Shown: positions 40,326-60,536, counted from the first letter of the stretch. The stretch: 64,000 nucleotides of DNA from the human T2T-CHM13v2.0 reference genome, Homo sapiens (GCF_009914755.1 NC_060939.1), one strand, 5' to 3'. Notes: generated from the sequence alone by a model not told the origin. Made by a program: numbers and translations.

Positions 40326-41518
40326 GGTAGACAGAGCAGCTAGACAGAATCCCTTCTATGAAGAGTTTTATACATATCTCCAGGCTAGGTCTAGGTTAAC
40401 CCAAGTGGAGGCTCTTCCTCTGTCCTCTCCCTCTCCACCACATTTCCTTCCAGCAGGCCTCCAGTCCTGAGACTGGGGTCTTTGCGTAGGTCCTCTACCA
40501 GCCTGCATTTTCCTTTTTTTGATTCAGCCGTGAGACACTTTTCAGATGATGTTTGTAGTTTGTGTTTGTAATCTTGCCAATTAAGATACCCAAAGAAGTT
40601 AGGTGAGAATGAACTAACTTAAGAATTTTTCTTGTTCTGGCGTTGATGCCACTGCAATGGCTGTCTTCCTGTGTTCTAAGGGAAAAGTTGCTGTACGAGT
40701 CTTTTCTGCGTGAAAGCATCTGTCTATCTTTCTCTAGCCATTTGAACCACATCACTCAGAGCCAGTGGGCAATATATAAAAGTTTTCCACAAATCTCCTG
40801 TTTTCCCCCTCCAAATAAATAAACAGAATATATGGCATTTTCACCAAAGGCAGCAGGACAAGACATCCCATTTCACGCTTCAGCAATCTGACTAAAGAAA
40901 CAAATATAGATTTTTCTTCCAAATGCCTTTAGGTTATAAGGCAAGTTGATTAAGGCCTCCCTTTAAGCCCCACCAGAGAAATAAATGGATAATGGAGTGT
41001 GCCTGCCTACCCTTAAAGAGAAAGAGGTTATGTCTAATATTGACTCTCCTAATCAGTTTGACATAAAACATATTTCTCACAGATGTGGCTCTCCAACCCT
41101 TCTTGCATGCAGGAGAGAGGAAAGCCGTATGGATTTCAGTTTCCTGTTAGCTGAGAATAAATTAAATTATGTTCTTTTCTCCTCTTTACCACTCCTTTGT
41201 GGATTCAATTTCTATGTAGACATGTCAGATTTTTTTTTAAGGGAGGAGTTGATAAAATGCCTTTTTCCTTTTATCGTGCAGGTATAATTCTTGCCTTTTC
41301 TTCCTTCCCCTCACTGCCAATGAAATACTGCAGAGGAAAAAAAAAAAAAAGAGAGAAAAGAGTCATGGGTTGTGACATTACTGTGACCTTTGAGAAGTTG
41401 CAGGAGAGCTGATCATAAATCCTGATGGTTCAAGGATTAGAACTGTTCCCAGAAACCCCCAGAGCATAGTGATGTTCTTGACGAAGACACTCATTTTTCC
41501 AGATTTTGAGTAGGATAT

Positions 41519-41930
41519 TATATTAGTTAAGGTAAAGCTAACCGTTATAGCAAATTAAAATCCAATCGCCCCCAGTGGCTTAGCAGAAAAAGATACTTCA
41601 TTCATTTTTTATGCTTCAGTCATGTAAAATGTTCCTCCAACAGTGGGGAATACAGGTGGGGTGGGATGGATCATGCTTCCTGCAGTCAACTAGCAATCCA
41701 GAGGATGGCCCTGCTGTCTTCATCTGGGGACTTCCAAAGCTGCCTTGGGTATTCACTTCCAGCCTGGGGATGGGGAAGAAAGAGAAGAGAATTGCAAGGT
41801 AGGCTTTATGGGCAGGCCTAGAAGTGGAATTCATATCTCTGTAGTGATTTTCTTTGTTGAACACTATCCCGTGGCCTGGAGAATTGGGAAATATCTCATA
41901 GTTGTGGGCCCCAGAGGAAAGGGCTAGTTG
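41519..41930 (-). mobile_element. MLT1J/K-type MaLR LTR
   Basis: tattagttaaggtaaagcta...cagtggcttagca; tttatgggcaggcctagaagtgg. Confidence 0.65.
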
Positions 41931-42397
41931 TTCTCTGGCTTCTTTGAGGGATTAGAATTTTCATCTAAGGCCATTTGGGAACTTGGGACCCAGGTGATCA
42001 TTATGACATTATAATGTTCATGTTATATGCTTTATCTTTCATGAATATTTCTGTTGGCTTCATTTTGTAGTCATAATTATAATTATATGATTTAGAGTTA
42101 TTTAAATTTGTTATGATGCTAACTACCAATCCTTTTCCACTAGACTATAAAATTTTGTGCTCCTAATTTAGATTAATCTTCCAATCAGATTTACAGTGCC
42201 TCAAAATAAGTTGTTTTTTTTTTCCAGGATGATACTCCTAGAGAATGTAGTGTCTGTATGTTTGTGTGTTCTAAGCCCTTACACATCTGAGAACATTTTT
42301 CTGTTGTCTTAACAACTTAACTTGACTGTGTCAAGGGTTGTAAAACAGTAATGATAGCTGATTTTCATATATGGGCAATCTAAAACATGTGCAGAGG

Positions 42398-43113
42398 TTG
42401 AGGAAAAGCTTCCTCTTCACCTACTGAAGTTTGCTGAAATGACTGACGATAGACAGATTAATAGAATAAAAAGGCACACAAATTATTAACAGGGATATGG
42501 ATGTGGGATTCCCCAAAATATGACTCTCAACGAATGGCTAGAAGGTTGAGGCTTAAGTCCTCTCTTCGTAGGGGAGAGGAAAGTTGGGGGATGTAGGTAA
42601 TTTTAGATAAATAGTGAATGATTTTTAGGGCAAATGAATGAGCCCAAAGAACAATAGTCTGGGACAAATTTCCTCTGAGCTCTGGGCAAGGTGAGGAGCA
42701 AAACTTCACTGTGAACAATGGTTGTTTCATTATGCAGACAAAGCCTCCCAGGCAGTCTCTCTGAGTTGCTCTCAGAGGAATAGGTGAAAAGCCTATCTGG
42801 GTGCGGTGAAGACTTTTAGTCTCCTCTTTTCTCCACTGGTTAATCTTTCCTGGTTATTTGATGAGATTCTTAGGACAACTGCATTTCTTTTGGAAAGAAG
42901 TTTCCATAGTCAGAAAATTCCCAAGAGTCCCTCCCTGCGCTTGAGGAAAGAAAGCAGATCAGAGACACGGGGCCGGGAGGTGGGGGCATGGGCAAGAAAA
43001 GGCCTGAGAGAGACCTTTGTTCTCAGGAGTCTTTCTGAAGCCTTCCTATTTTAGTTCAAAGGGCTTGGCATCCCAAAGAGCCAAACTTTTGGAGTATATT
43101 TTCTAAGGCCCAC
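42398..43113 (-). mobile_element. MER34/MER39-group ERV1 solo LTR
   Basis: atagacagattaatagaa; reverse complement starts tgtgggccttagaaaatatactccaaaa. Confidence 0.7.
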
Positions 43114-43161
43114 ATATGCATTAATTCTATTTTTCTTGAACTTATAAGAATTAACATTTTT

Positions 43162-43866
<705 letters not shown>

Positions 43867-44322
43867 TGCCCAGGCTTGCTTAGGTAAACAAAGCAGTCGG
43901 GAAGCTCCAACTGCGTGGAGCCCACCACAGCTCAAGGAGACCTGCCTGCCTCTGTAGGCTCCACCTCTGGGGGCAGGGCACAGACAAACAAAAAGACAGC
44001 AGTAACCTCTGCAGACTTAAATGTCCCTGTCTGACAGCTTTGAAGAGAGCAGTGGTTCTCCCAGCACGCAGCTGGAGATCTGAGAACCGGCAGACTGCCT
44101 CCTCAAGTGGGTCCCTGACCCCTGACCCCCGAGCAGCTTAACTGGGAGGCACCCCCCCAGCAGGGGCACACTGACACCTCACATGGCAGGGTACTCCAAC
44201 AGACTTGCAGCTGAGGGTCCTGTCTGTTAGAAGGAAAACTAACAAACAGAAAGGACATCCACACCAAAAACCCATCTGTACATCACCATCATCAAAGACC
44301 AAAAGTAGATAAAACCACAAAG

Positions 44323-45339
44323 ATGGGGAAAAAACAGAACAGAAAAACTGGCAACTCTAAAAAGCAGAGCGCCTCTCCTCCTCCAAAGGAACGCAGTTCC
44401 TCACCAGCAACAGAACAAAGCTGGATGGAGAATGACTTTGACGAGCTGAGAGAAGAAGGCTTCAGATGATCAAATTACTCTGAGTTACAGGAGGAGAGTC
44501 AAACCAAAGGCAAAGAAGTTGAAAACTTTGAAAAAAATTTAGAAGAATGTATAACTAGAATAACCAATACAGAGAAGTGCTTAAAGGAGCTGATGGAGCT
44601 GAAAACCAAGGCTCGAGAACTACGTGAAGAATGCAGAAGCCTCAGGAGCCGATGCGATCAACTGGAAGAAAGGGTATCAGCAATGGAAGATGAAATGAAT
44701 GAAATGAAGCAAGAAGGAAAGTTTAGAGAAAAAAGAATAAAAAGAAATGAGCAAAGCCTCCAAGAAATATGGGACTATGTGAAAAGACCAAATCTACTTC
44801 TGACTGGTGTTCCTGAAAGTGATGGGGAGAATGGAACCAAGTTGGAAAACATGCTGCAGGATATTATCCAGGAGAACTTCCCCAATCTAGCAAGGCAGGC
44901 CAACGTTCAGATTCAGGAAATACAGAGAATGCCACAAAGATACTCCTCGAGAAGAGCAACTCCAAGACACATAATTGTCAGATTCAACAAAGTTGAAATG
45001 AAGGAAAAAATGTTAAGGGCAGCCAGAGAGAAAGGTCGGGTTACCCTCAAAGAGAAGCCCATCAGACTAACAGCGGATCTCTCGGCAGAAACCCTACAAG
45101 CCAGAAGAGAGTGGGGGCCAATATTCAACATTCTTAAAGAAAAGAATTTTCAACCCAGAATTTCATATCCAGCCAAACTAAGCTTCATAAGCGAAGGAAA
45201 AATAAAATACTTTACAGACAAGCAAATGCTGAGAGATTTTGTCACCACCAGGCCTGCCCTAAAAGAGCTCCTGAAGGAAGCGCTAAATATGGAAAGGAAC
45301 AACTGGTACCAGCTGCTGCAAAATCATGCCAAAATGTAA
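44323..45339 (+). pseudogene. L1 ORF1p with premature stop
   Basis: MGKKQNRK start; CGA>TGA at 44467 (codon 49); remainder open. Confidence 0.95.
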
Positions 45340-45402
45340 AGACCATCGAGACTAGGAAGAAACTGCATCAACTAACGAGCAAAATAACCAGCTAACATCA
45401 TA

Positions 45403-49227
<3,825 letters not shown>

Positions 49228-50479
49228 ACAATGAGATCACTTGGACACAGGAAGGGGAATATCACATTCTGGGGACTGTTGTGGGGTTGGGGGAGGGGGG
49301 AGGGATAGCATTGGGAGATATACCTAATGCTAGATGACGAGTTAGTGGGTGCAGCGCACCAGCATGGCACATGTATACATAGGTAACTAACCTGCACAAT
49401 GTGCACATGTACCCTAAAACTTAAAGTATAATAATAATAAATAAATAAATAAATAAATTGTCATATGAACAAAAAAAAAAGAAAAAATTAAATTTTTTTC
49501 ATATTTCCTCCTTTAAGTGTCCACTAGCATAGGGGAAAATTTTTCAGATAAATAACTGAGAAAGAAGGAAAATATTCACCAGGGAGGGAATATTTACAGA
49601 AGACAGGCCTGATTTCTTTACTTTGAAAATTATAGAAAAATCCTCCAATTTATAGTAATGTTAAAACTATGACACTACTTATTAAGAAATTGTTATTACT
49701 AGTCTAAGAATCTAGCAGTTACCTATATACTTTGTGAGAATTTCTGAACACAAGACTTCTTTTTGCTAAAAATATTAAGCCAAAAAGAGCTTTGCTCACA
49801 CTTGAGGGAAAAAACCTCTTTTAAAATGTTTAAATCTCTTCATGCTATATTCACATTGCTCTTGCAATCCCACATTATATATCATATTTTTTAAGGAGCT
49901 TATTTTGTTTTGGAGGCTAGGAAGGTTAACTTGCAGTGATTTTCAAGTCTCGGATTTAGTGAAAAATTTTTTTAAAAGCCAGGCTCACCTGATTCTTAAA
50001 ACATTCTTTTCCACTTAAGCAGAAGCCTTACCCATGCCAGATATTGAAAAGTGTATAGGTGAGGAACAATTTTTTCTTTCTTTGGAAGTTACTTTTTGTT
50101 GCATTTCTTGGTCATGTTTTAGCAATTGTCTCTATAATATCTACATCTGCATCTTCAGTCATACTTTAATGGAATAATTTTGAGTTTTTTATTTGATGAT
50201 GTGAGATCATGCTTTTTAACTGTGTGCTTTTCAATCTCTTGGTGTCTTATCTAGAACCACTAATAGGAATTCCACAGAGCTCAGATTGTTCTGGGGTACC
50301 TAACTTGAAAGATAAACTAATATTCTCACGTCTCTGAAAATGTCTAGTATATAGTGTTAATTTTCCATGACTCTCTCTGACTCTGGTTAATGAGGTCAAC
50401 AGAGGTCTTAGAGGAATCATGGACTTGAATTCAACTCTGGAGTCGGTGACAGCAACCTGTTGAAGACACAGACCTCTTG

Positions 50480-50760
50480 CCTTAGCTAGAGCACTTATGT
50501 CCCTGTCCCCTGCTGTCTCTCCTTTGACTAATTTCTCCTAATCCTTTTCACTGGCTCCTCTTTCTTTATCGGTCCCTTTTATTGAAGGATTTCTCAGAGG
50601 TTAGTCCTAGGTGCACTTTCCTTCTCACGCTACACATTCACCCTGGACAATCTAACTCACCCCCATGCTTCAAATACCGCCTGGAAGGCAAGTACTCCTC
50701 CAGTCACCACCCATGTCTGAATCTTTCTCCAGAATTACAAGTCTCTTTAAGATCAGGCCT
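50480..50760 (+). mobile_element. L2 fragment
   Basis: cttttcactggctcctct; ctcacccccatgcttcaaatacc. Confidence 0.65.
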
Positions 50761-50774
50761 TAGCTTACCTGTTT

Positions 50775-51183
50775 TTTCTCTTTCTTTAAATTTTATTTTT
50801 AATCAAATAATAATTATATTTATGGGGTGCAATGTGATGTTTTGAAACATGTATACATTGTAGAACATAGATGAAACTGGAAGACATTAATTAAGTGAAG
50901 CAATCCAGACACAGGAAGATAAATACTGCACCATCTCACTTTGTTGTGGAATCTAAAATAGTCAAACTCAGAAACAGAGAGTAGGATGGGAACTGGAAGC
51001 TGAAAGGGGTGGATGGGAACAGGGGAGATGTTGATCAAAATATTCAACACTTCAGTTACGAGAAATAAGTTCTGGTGGTTGATTGCACGACATGTTGACT
51101 ATAGTTAATAATGTATAGTATATTTCAAAATTGCTGAAAGAGTGAATTTTAAATGTTCACAGCACACAGAAATGATAAGTATG
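50775..51183 (-). mobile_element. L1MA 3' end with 5' inversion
   Basis: 50775-50866 antisense terminus joined to 50867-51183 sense upstream 3'UTR segment. Confidence 0.8.
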
Positions 51184-51274
51184 CTAAACTTCCTTACTAA
51201 AAACTGATGTTTCAAAGCTGACGTTGATGATAGTGACAGACTAGGGCTGAGGACTGGGATTCTTTTGTATTGTT

Positions 51275-51880
51275 TTTGGTAAGGTAAATTAGTAAATACT
51301 TTTGGCATGCTGTCCGATTTTAAGTGAGCATTTCCTTTAAACCAGAAATTTCATTTCTAGGAATTTACCCTAGGACATTATCCTAAGGAAACAGCCAGAC
51401 ATGTGAATCATTATATATTTCCAAGGGTCTCGCTGTATTGGTTGTAATATCAAGAAAGAGGGGACTCCCTTTTTACGGGGTATCTGTAAAATGGGATATG
51501 GGTGCAATTATGGGACATATGTACAGTGATATACAAGGCAGCTGCTGAAACAGTCATATTTATTTATAGAGTCATAGATAGTTATCTCTAAGTTGGTAAT
51601 AGAAAAGTCAGGGTACAAAACATTATAGATACTATGACTAAATCTTATAAAAATGTGTGTATGTAAATTTCGTCATAAAAGTCTGAAAAGTTATAAAACA
51701 GAATATGAGTCATAATGGTAATGGGATTGGGTTACTGGTGATTTTTCTCATTGTTCTTCAAAATTTACTGTATTTTCTCATATTTTCTCACTGTTCTTTA
51801 ATTTACTGTCGAATATGTATACGATAGGTATATATTGCTTTTATAATTAGCAAAAACAATAGTTATTTTTATTTTGAAAA
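51275..51880 (+). mobile_element. L1ME 3' fragment
   Basis: ccagaaatttcatttctaggaatttaccctagg; gggattgggttactggtgattttt. Confidence 0.6.
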
Positions 51881-51964
51881 ATCAATGAGTTATTGTTTTA
51901 AAGAATGTTCACAGATACTTGTAAAACAATAAAAATAATCTGTGCATGCATTTACATTGTTGAG

Positions 51965-52570
51965 ATGAAGTCTGTCTCCAGCTTAGATCATTCTCTCGTG
52001 TGCTATGGTTTATTTAGCAAATGTTCACTGAGCCCATATGATGTGCCACCACTTCATACGACTGCTGTTGGTCATTTCCATCTGAATGTCTCACATGGTC
52101 CTAAAATCACTACGACTAAAACTAAATTTACCGTCATGTCTTGAAATCTGCCTCCTTCTGTATTCCCAGTCTTAGTTAACAGGATCCCCACCTACCCACG
52201 TGGGAAATTTGAGAGGGAGTCGCCATGAGGCCTCCACTGACCTTACCCACCATAGCTAGGGTGCACAAGACCTGTGACTTTACTGTTCTTTACAGTACAT
52301 TCCCTCGTCTTCATTCCCTGTTCATTGGCCCTAGCTAAGCCCCTCACCCTTATCCCCTTGGACTGTTGCAGTTCTCCCCTATATTCCTAGACCATTCAAC
52401 ACATAATGTCCTAAAACACACCTCCCAGCTGTTGCTTACATTGCTGCTTCTTCTTCCCACTCGCCTTCTTCCTCTTACTTTGTTCTCTGGAAGACTGTCT
52501 GGTTAACTTTCAAGGCTTGGTTCAAATGCCACTCTCTAACCTTTCTGTTGGAATTGGCAGGTCTTCCCCT
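51965..52570 (+). mobile_element. L2 fragments
   Basis: atctgcctccttctgtattcccagtcttagttaa; ttcaaggcttggttcaaatgccact. Confidence 0.65.
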
Positions 52571-52589
52571 ATGGTCTCAGTGGGTATCC

Positions 52590-52840
52590 TAATAAGGATC
52601 GTAAAAGCTAACATTGACCGAGCTCTTGTTGTAGGTCAAGCACCATCCTAAGAGTTTCACGTGTTTTACATCATTTAATAGTTAAAACAACCTGTGAGAT
52701 AGGCTACTATTATTATTTACAGGTAATAACCTTAGGTAAAGAACTTGAGATTTAGAAAGTTTAAATAATTTGCCAAAGGTCACAGAGTCAGTAAGAATTT
52801 GAACCTAGTCTGGTTCCAGAGCCTGAATCTTTACTTCCAA
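52590..52840 (-). mobile_element. MIR
   Basis: aacaacctgtgagataggctactatt...aataatttgccaaaggtcacagag. Confidence 0.8.
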
Positions 52841-53624
52841 GAGTGGTTATATACACGTGTCTATAATCCATACTTTATTATAGAATAGCATCTTTACTTC
52901 TTTTTCTATCAATATCTATGACTGTGCAAAGGCCACATAGGCAACCTCAATAAAGGTATGCTGACTTACTGATTAATTACTTAATCTTTCTAGGATAGAA
53001 AGTCTAAGCCAATGAGAATTAGCCTTATTTAAAACTTTTTGTTGCTCATTTTTGTTGCTTACTTTGTTTCTATATGGATGGACTCTGATGTCCTTTTTAT
53101 TGTTGGAATACAATGGTGTTTGGTTCTCTTTTGCTTCTTGCTAAATGGGCTAGATCCTGCCTGGTGATAAAGAAAAAACACCTAGAGGAGAATCGTCTGA
53201 TTCAGCTCATGTGCGTTGAATGTAATGGAACTGAACCAAGAAATAATGGGGATGATCTTTGTGAAAAATATAATCCTCTTATAAAACTGGTAAAAATTGA
53301 CTCTGAATTTATTTGAGAAAGACTGTAAAACTTCCTTCGAGGCAGTGTGTACACATGGCATAAATGAATTTCTTTGTGAGTATTTGGAGGATGTAAAAAC
53401 TCTAAAGCCATTTATTGAATATCCATCACTTCAGAGTTCTATCGGTATTAAAGATACCCTGGTTAAATGGACCTCAGGGGTCAAAAATCACACCCAATCA
53501 ATCCTGTCCTCCACTGGTCTTTTAAATCCTTCCTAGCTCCTAAATACACGCCTGGCAACAGCGTACTCACTGGTAGCTTCCTCATCTTTTGTGGCCTGCA
53601 TACACTGCACACGTTTCTGAAAGA

Positions 53625-54275
53625 GAATTGTGATAAAGTCAAGCCCCTTCTTCAAAACTCTGATTTCTCCTCATTGTTCCAAGGACAAAGTTCATATTCC
53701 ATTGCCAGGTCTCTGCAATGGTTGCTATCCTGCCTTACTCGCCCATCACAGCCTCTTGGTTCAAATTATTACCAGTCCACTCTATGAAAAGGGCTGCCAT
53801 TCCCTAACCTGTCAAATGCCCTCTCTGCTGGGAATGCTTTTCACTCTACTTGGTCTTCAAGATCCAACTCTGATTTCTCTACCTTTTAAATCATTGCCTC
53901 CATTAAAGTACACACTTTCTCCTCTGTGTCCCCAAAGTGCTTTGTACGTACTTTGATACTTGTTCCATAATTACCTGTTCACTTGATCTACTATGACTTA
54001 TTCAAGGTCAGGAATCACTCTTACTTTTAATTTTTGTTTTAGTGCCCTGTAGAATAGTGCTTCTCAAAGTTTAATGTGCATACACATCACCTGAAGATGT
54101 AAAATCAGATTCCGATTCAGCTGTTGGGGCAGAGTTGGGGGGGCTTTGGCGGGGTGGTGTCAGCATTTCTAACAAGCTCTGAGTGGAATATCAATGCTGT
54201 TGAACTCTGGATCACCCTTAGAAAAGCAGGCAGGTGTTTTTTTGGGAATTAATAATGTTTGGAATGAATAAACCA
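53625..54275 (+). mobile_element. L2 3' end interrupted by MER5A
   Basis: tgataaagtcaagccccttcttcaaaac; ctctgctgggaatgcttt; aataatgtttggaatgaataaa. Confidence 0.7.
54056..54232 (+). mobile_element. MER5A
   Basis: tagtgcttctcaaagtttaatgtgcatacacatcacctg...gcatttctaacaagctc. Confidence 0.85.
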
Positions 54276-54279
54276 GAAA

Positions 54280-54328
54280 TCAAAAAGAAAAAGCAAGAGT
54301 AAAACATCAAACCATGCTTCACTTTATT
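54280..54328 (-). terminator. Candidate poly(A) site (AATAAA plus U-rich downstream element)
   Basis: Minus-strand AATAAA at 54328-54323, then ttttactcttgctttttctttttg about 20-45 nt downstream. Confidence 0.4.
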
Positions 54329-57300
54329 TTTAATTTTTTTAAAACAAGTGACGTCTTCACTGGGTCTCTACATCTCCCTAGTGGTCATTATATTTTTATA
54401 GCTTTAACGTTTTCCCACATTTTAATATTATTAAAATTTGTCTTTAATTTTTCCCTTTGAAAAAATGTTAAATTTAGGTTTGTTTCAACCAGGACCAATA
54501 CTGCACAAATCTGTTATTACAATGGGGCACATTTATTTCTTGAAATATAATTTTGAAAACATTTTTGTTATATTATAGGACCTGTTTTAATCACAGACAA
54601 TACAACATATAATTGCAGTACAGTGAGGCAAAATGTGTCTTCTAAAGTTAATTTATGTGTATGTATATATATGCGATATGTTCTTAGTTACATTTTTGAA
54701 TAAAATGTTGTTTTAAAGGGTTCAGCTGAACTTTAAAGATGGATCCTTTCTTTTTCACAGTCACTTCCTGTTCTGATTAATATTCATTTACAGGCGTACT
54801 TCGCAAGGGAATTAGCTCACTACAATTTGGCTTATTTTGTGCCTGAACTTAGCTTTTCCACACTCTTTTCTTCTATGAATATGAAAAGATGAAATTTAAG
54901 ACTATAGCTGGAAAGGGCCCAGGGACACTTTTCACAAATGCTGAATATTTCACTCACTGTCAACTCTCTACCTTGGAAACCAAATCAAAATGCAACAATG
55001 AATCAACTACATCAAAAAATTCAGGTCAATTGCCAACCAATTAACGGGAACATCTGGTTATTTTGACATCTGGTCAAAACAGTTGACCGTTACAACCCAA
55101 TCAGCATCAAAAATCTGATTCCATAATAAAAGCAGCAAGAGATAGGTTCAAGGTAATGCATAGGTATTACCTTCATTATGTTGGTTAAGAACACTGACAG
55201 CTAGGCTTTGTAAATTTCATTGGGAAACCGGTAGTCATAAGAACCCTTCTGGTTCTGATCCTCAATGATCCAATGAATAATGTTATTTTCTCCACTACAA
55301 GGTTGCAGTCCTCTATTTAGATGCCGTAGTCTGCCTTTGCTGCAATTTATGGGTACTTTTAATTTCAAACGTGAAATATTTCATCCGTGTGAAGTATTTC
55401 ATCTTAAGGAGACAAGTGTTAAATATTTGTTTTAGTGCACCTCAGGGAGTGAAGCCAATATGCATTGAAGATTCAATTAGCAATAGTGATGCTGGTGATT
55501 AAAGAGCTGGAATCATCTGGCTGATTCATTTGGTTTCTTTTCATCTCATTTCTTAGGGAATAAATGTGGCTTGAAATAGTTTTATTTTGAATTAATGTTT
55601 AATGCTATCCAGCCAAGAAAAACTTTTTTTCCAAATATGTTCTCCTTCATATATAGAGAAATTCTTGATGAGCTCTCCACTATGTGCAAACTGCTCAAGT
55701 CATTTGAAAGAATTGGTAAGCTGGAATGTAGGAAGATGAACATTAGTTGTTATTACTAGAAAATTACCTTTCACCTTTTCGCTATAGAGTAGAACTCACA
55801 AACCAATGCCATGTGGATTAGAACATTGTTAAGAAACCTGTGAATTAGTTGACAGTATTAATGATTTGAGAGGCTCCACATAATCTGGATTTTTGGCTTC
55901 CAGTGGCAAAGGTTGAGCTGTGTATGCCTCTCTTTCAGTGGACATCTGTTCTCTGGTTTACACAGTTCCCACCTGATCAGTGGTGCTCATTTATGTGAGC
56001 TGTCTGGCATCTAAAGGCAAATCCTGCTCTGAAGTTTCAGGTTGTGCACATCGTCACGACTCCACAACAGCGATGTGGAGGTAGAGGCGGAGAATAGAGT
56101 GTGTGCCAATTATGGGACTTACCCACCCAGATTTAGACATAGGTCAGTGGAACTGACCCTAAGAAGAGGCAGCAATATAGGTAAGAATGAAAGCTAAGGC
56201 ACATCTAACAGCCATCCATGGGTGGGGAGGGCTACAAAAATGACATGGCAGAGCCCGCTGGAGGTGAGGAGATTGCGGAGAAGGGGATTTGCAGTGGAGA
56301 GTCATCACTTGAGAGGATTTTTAAGGAGTAGGAAGGCTCCTTCCTGCAAGGAGCTCAAAGCCTCATTCTCAGCGATGGTGGAAGGAATGAAGCAGAAACC
56401 CAGTCCCAAGAATCAAGGCTCATCATCACAGCAACCAAAACACAGGGCCGTGAGTCTGTTGAGAAACCGACGTAGCAGCTCAGTGTTAAACAAGATATGC
56501 CAGATTGCCAATGCTGAGTTTCAGTGATTGGCAGGCAGAGGCTGTGGGCTCCTTCTTTATTTCAAGAATAGGGCCAGAACTAGAGGTAGACACAACAAAA
56601 CATGGAGATGTCCTTGAATCTGACTTTGAGGACCTGGGGAAAGATATGCAGAACAATTGCTGAAAGGAGGGTAAAAAATATCTCCATTTCATTCTTCAAT
56701 GAGTCATTATTTAATATTGAAACCCTTCTGTTAGCATAAACTTTGGTGGCATATTTATTTTTAAAAAGGCTAAAGGAAGAAAGCTCTGAAGACATAGCAG
56801 GACTGTGAGATGATACAGAATCATCATCCATCAATGTCTATTCAGCCAGTATTAGCAGAAACCTGTACGGAACAACCACTCTTAACATAGAAAAGGGTAT
56901 TATAATTTGAAAGCTACAGCTCTTGCCCTAGCACCCAGTTTGACCTCTCCCTATGAGAGAAATGGCCTCTTGAACACCTGAGGGTTAACTAGCCAAGAAA
57001 GGGGTTGCTGCTGAGATGGAGGGAGAGATTAGATGGGGAATAATAAACACATAGCTCTGGCTGCTGTACCTCTGGTCACCTCCCAGGATAGGCATCCCTA
57101 ATTGATTACAGTACTCTTTCCTGCTGAGCTGGGATGAGGCCTCAGAATTGTTCCCAATACCATGTATCAGGAGCCAATCAATTAGGGCTGACATAGCAAT
57201 GAAATGCATCTGCCCTCCTTTGATTCGGTTTTTACTGCCAAATGGGCTGTGGATGAGGCCGCTGAGTGGGGGCAGAACATTCATGTCCAGGTTGGAAGCA

Positions 57301-57619
57301 GGCAGATTGTCAGCCAGGGAAGCTTATAACAGGATATATTTTTAAGGTATTTATTTGTATTGATTCTTCCTTCCCTCCCCACCTCGTCTAAGTAGAAAGC
57401 AAGGCCCTTATAATTCCCTGCCTGTAGGATTTTGTTGGGCAAAAAGCATAAGATAGAGTAGTACCTCCTTTCTCTTACAAGAAATTAAACTGAATAAAAA
57501 GATTCCTTGCTATGTGCTCCAAAAGAAAGAAGGGAGAAGGGAATCATTTAGGATCATTGGAGTCATTGTTTTGCAGGCATGTGGGTGGAAGGAGAAAGGA
57601 GAATATAGATAAACGACCT

Positions 57620-58012
57620 CTAGCAGTCAGGGTCCCAGCAGGAAGACGATGCCCTCAAATTAGAATAGGAGAGGCTACAAGGAAGACGGAAGTACACTGT
57701 GTCTAGTAACAGCGGAGCTGTTATCACCAATTGGCCCAAAGGGATGAGGGGAGGGTTTGGTCCATGGAGTATAAAGGAGAGGGTGGTGTAGAGAGGCGGA
57801 TCTAGAAAGAAGCAGCTATGCAGGGAGGGAGTCTACCTCGTTCTCTTCTATCCTTCTCTCTCCTGCTGGGGCTCCCTGTGGCCAAAACAAATCAGGAACC
57901 AAAGGCCAATGAAGTTTCTGTAAGATGGAAGTAGTAGCTCATCCAGGTCAGCAGGGAGCAGAGTGGCAAGGCGTGGGGGCATGGATGGAAGGCAAATGGA
58001 ATATGTCTGTCA
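57620..58012 (-). mobile_element. ERVL-class LTR (LTR41/LTR52-like), 3' LTR of the adjacent provirus remnant
   Basis: cagtcagggtcccagcaggaa; reverse complement start gacatattccatttgccttcca. Confidence 0.65.
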
Positions 58013-60500
<2,488 letters not shown>

Positions 60501-60536
60501 CTCATGTTAGGTTTCTTCCTACCAGACCTCAAAATT

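Noticed and set aside
51743-51809. Local ~28-bp direct duplication (similar ones at ~17013 and ~63859)
   Set aside because: Simple slippage duplications inside old L1 sequence; not a repeat-spacer array
56222-56834. 101-aa, 68-aa and 84-aa ORFs in the repeat-poor island
   Set aside because: No similarity I can recognise, non-ATG starts for some, no codon or splice support
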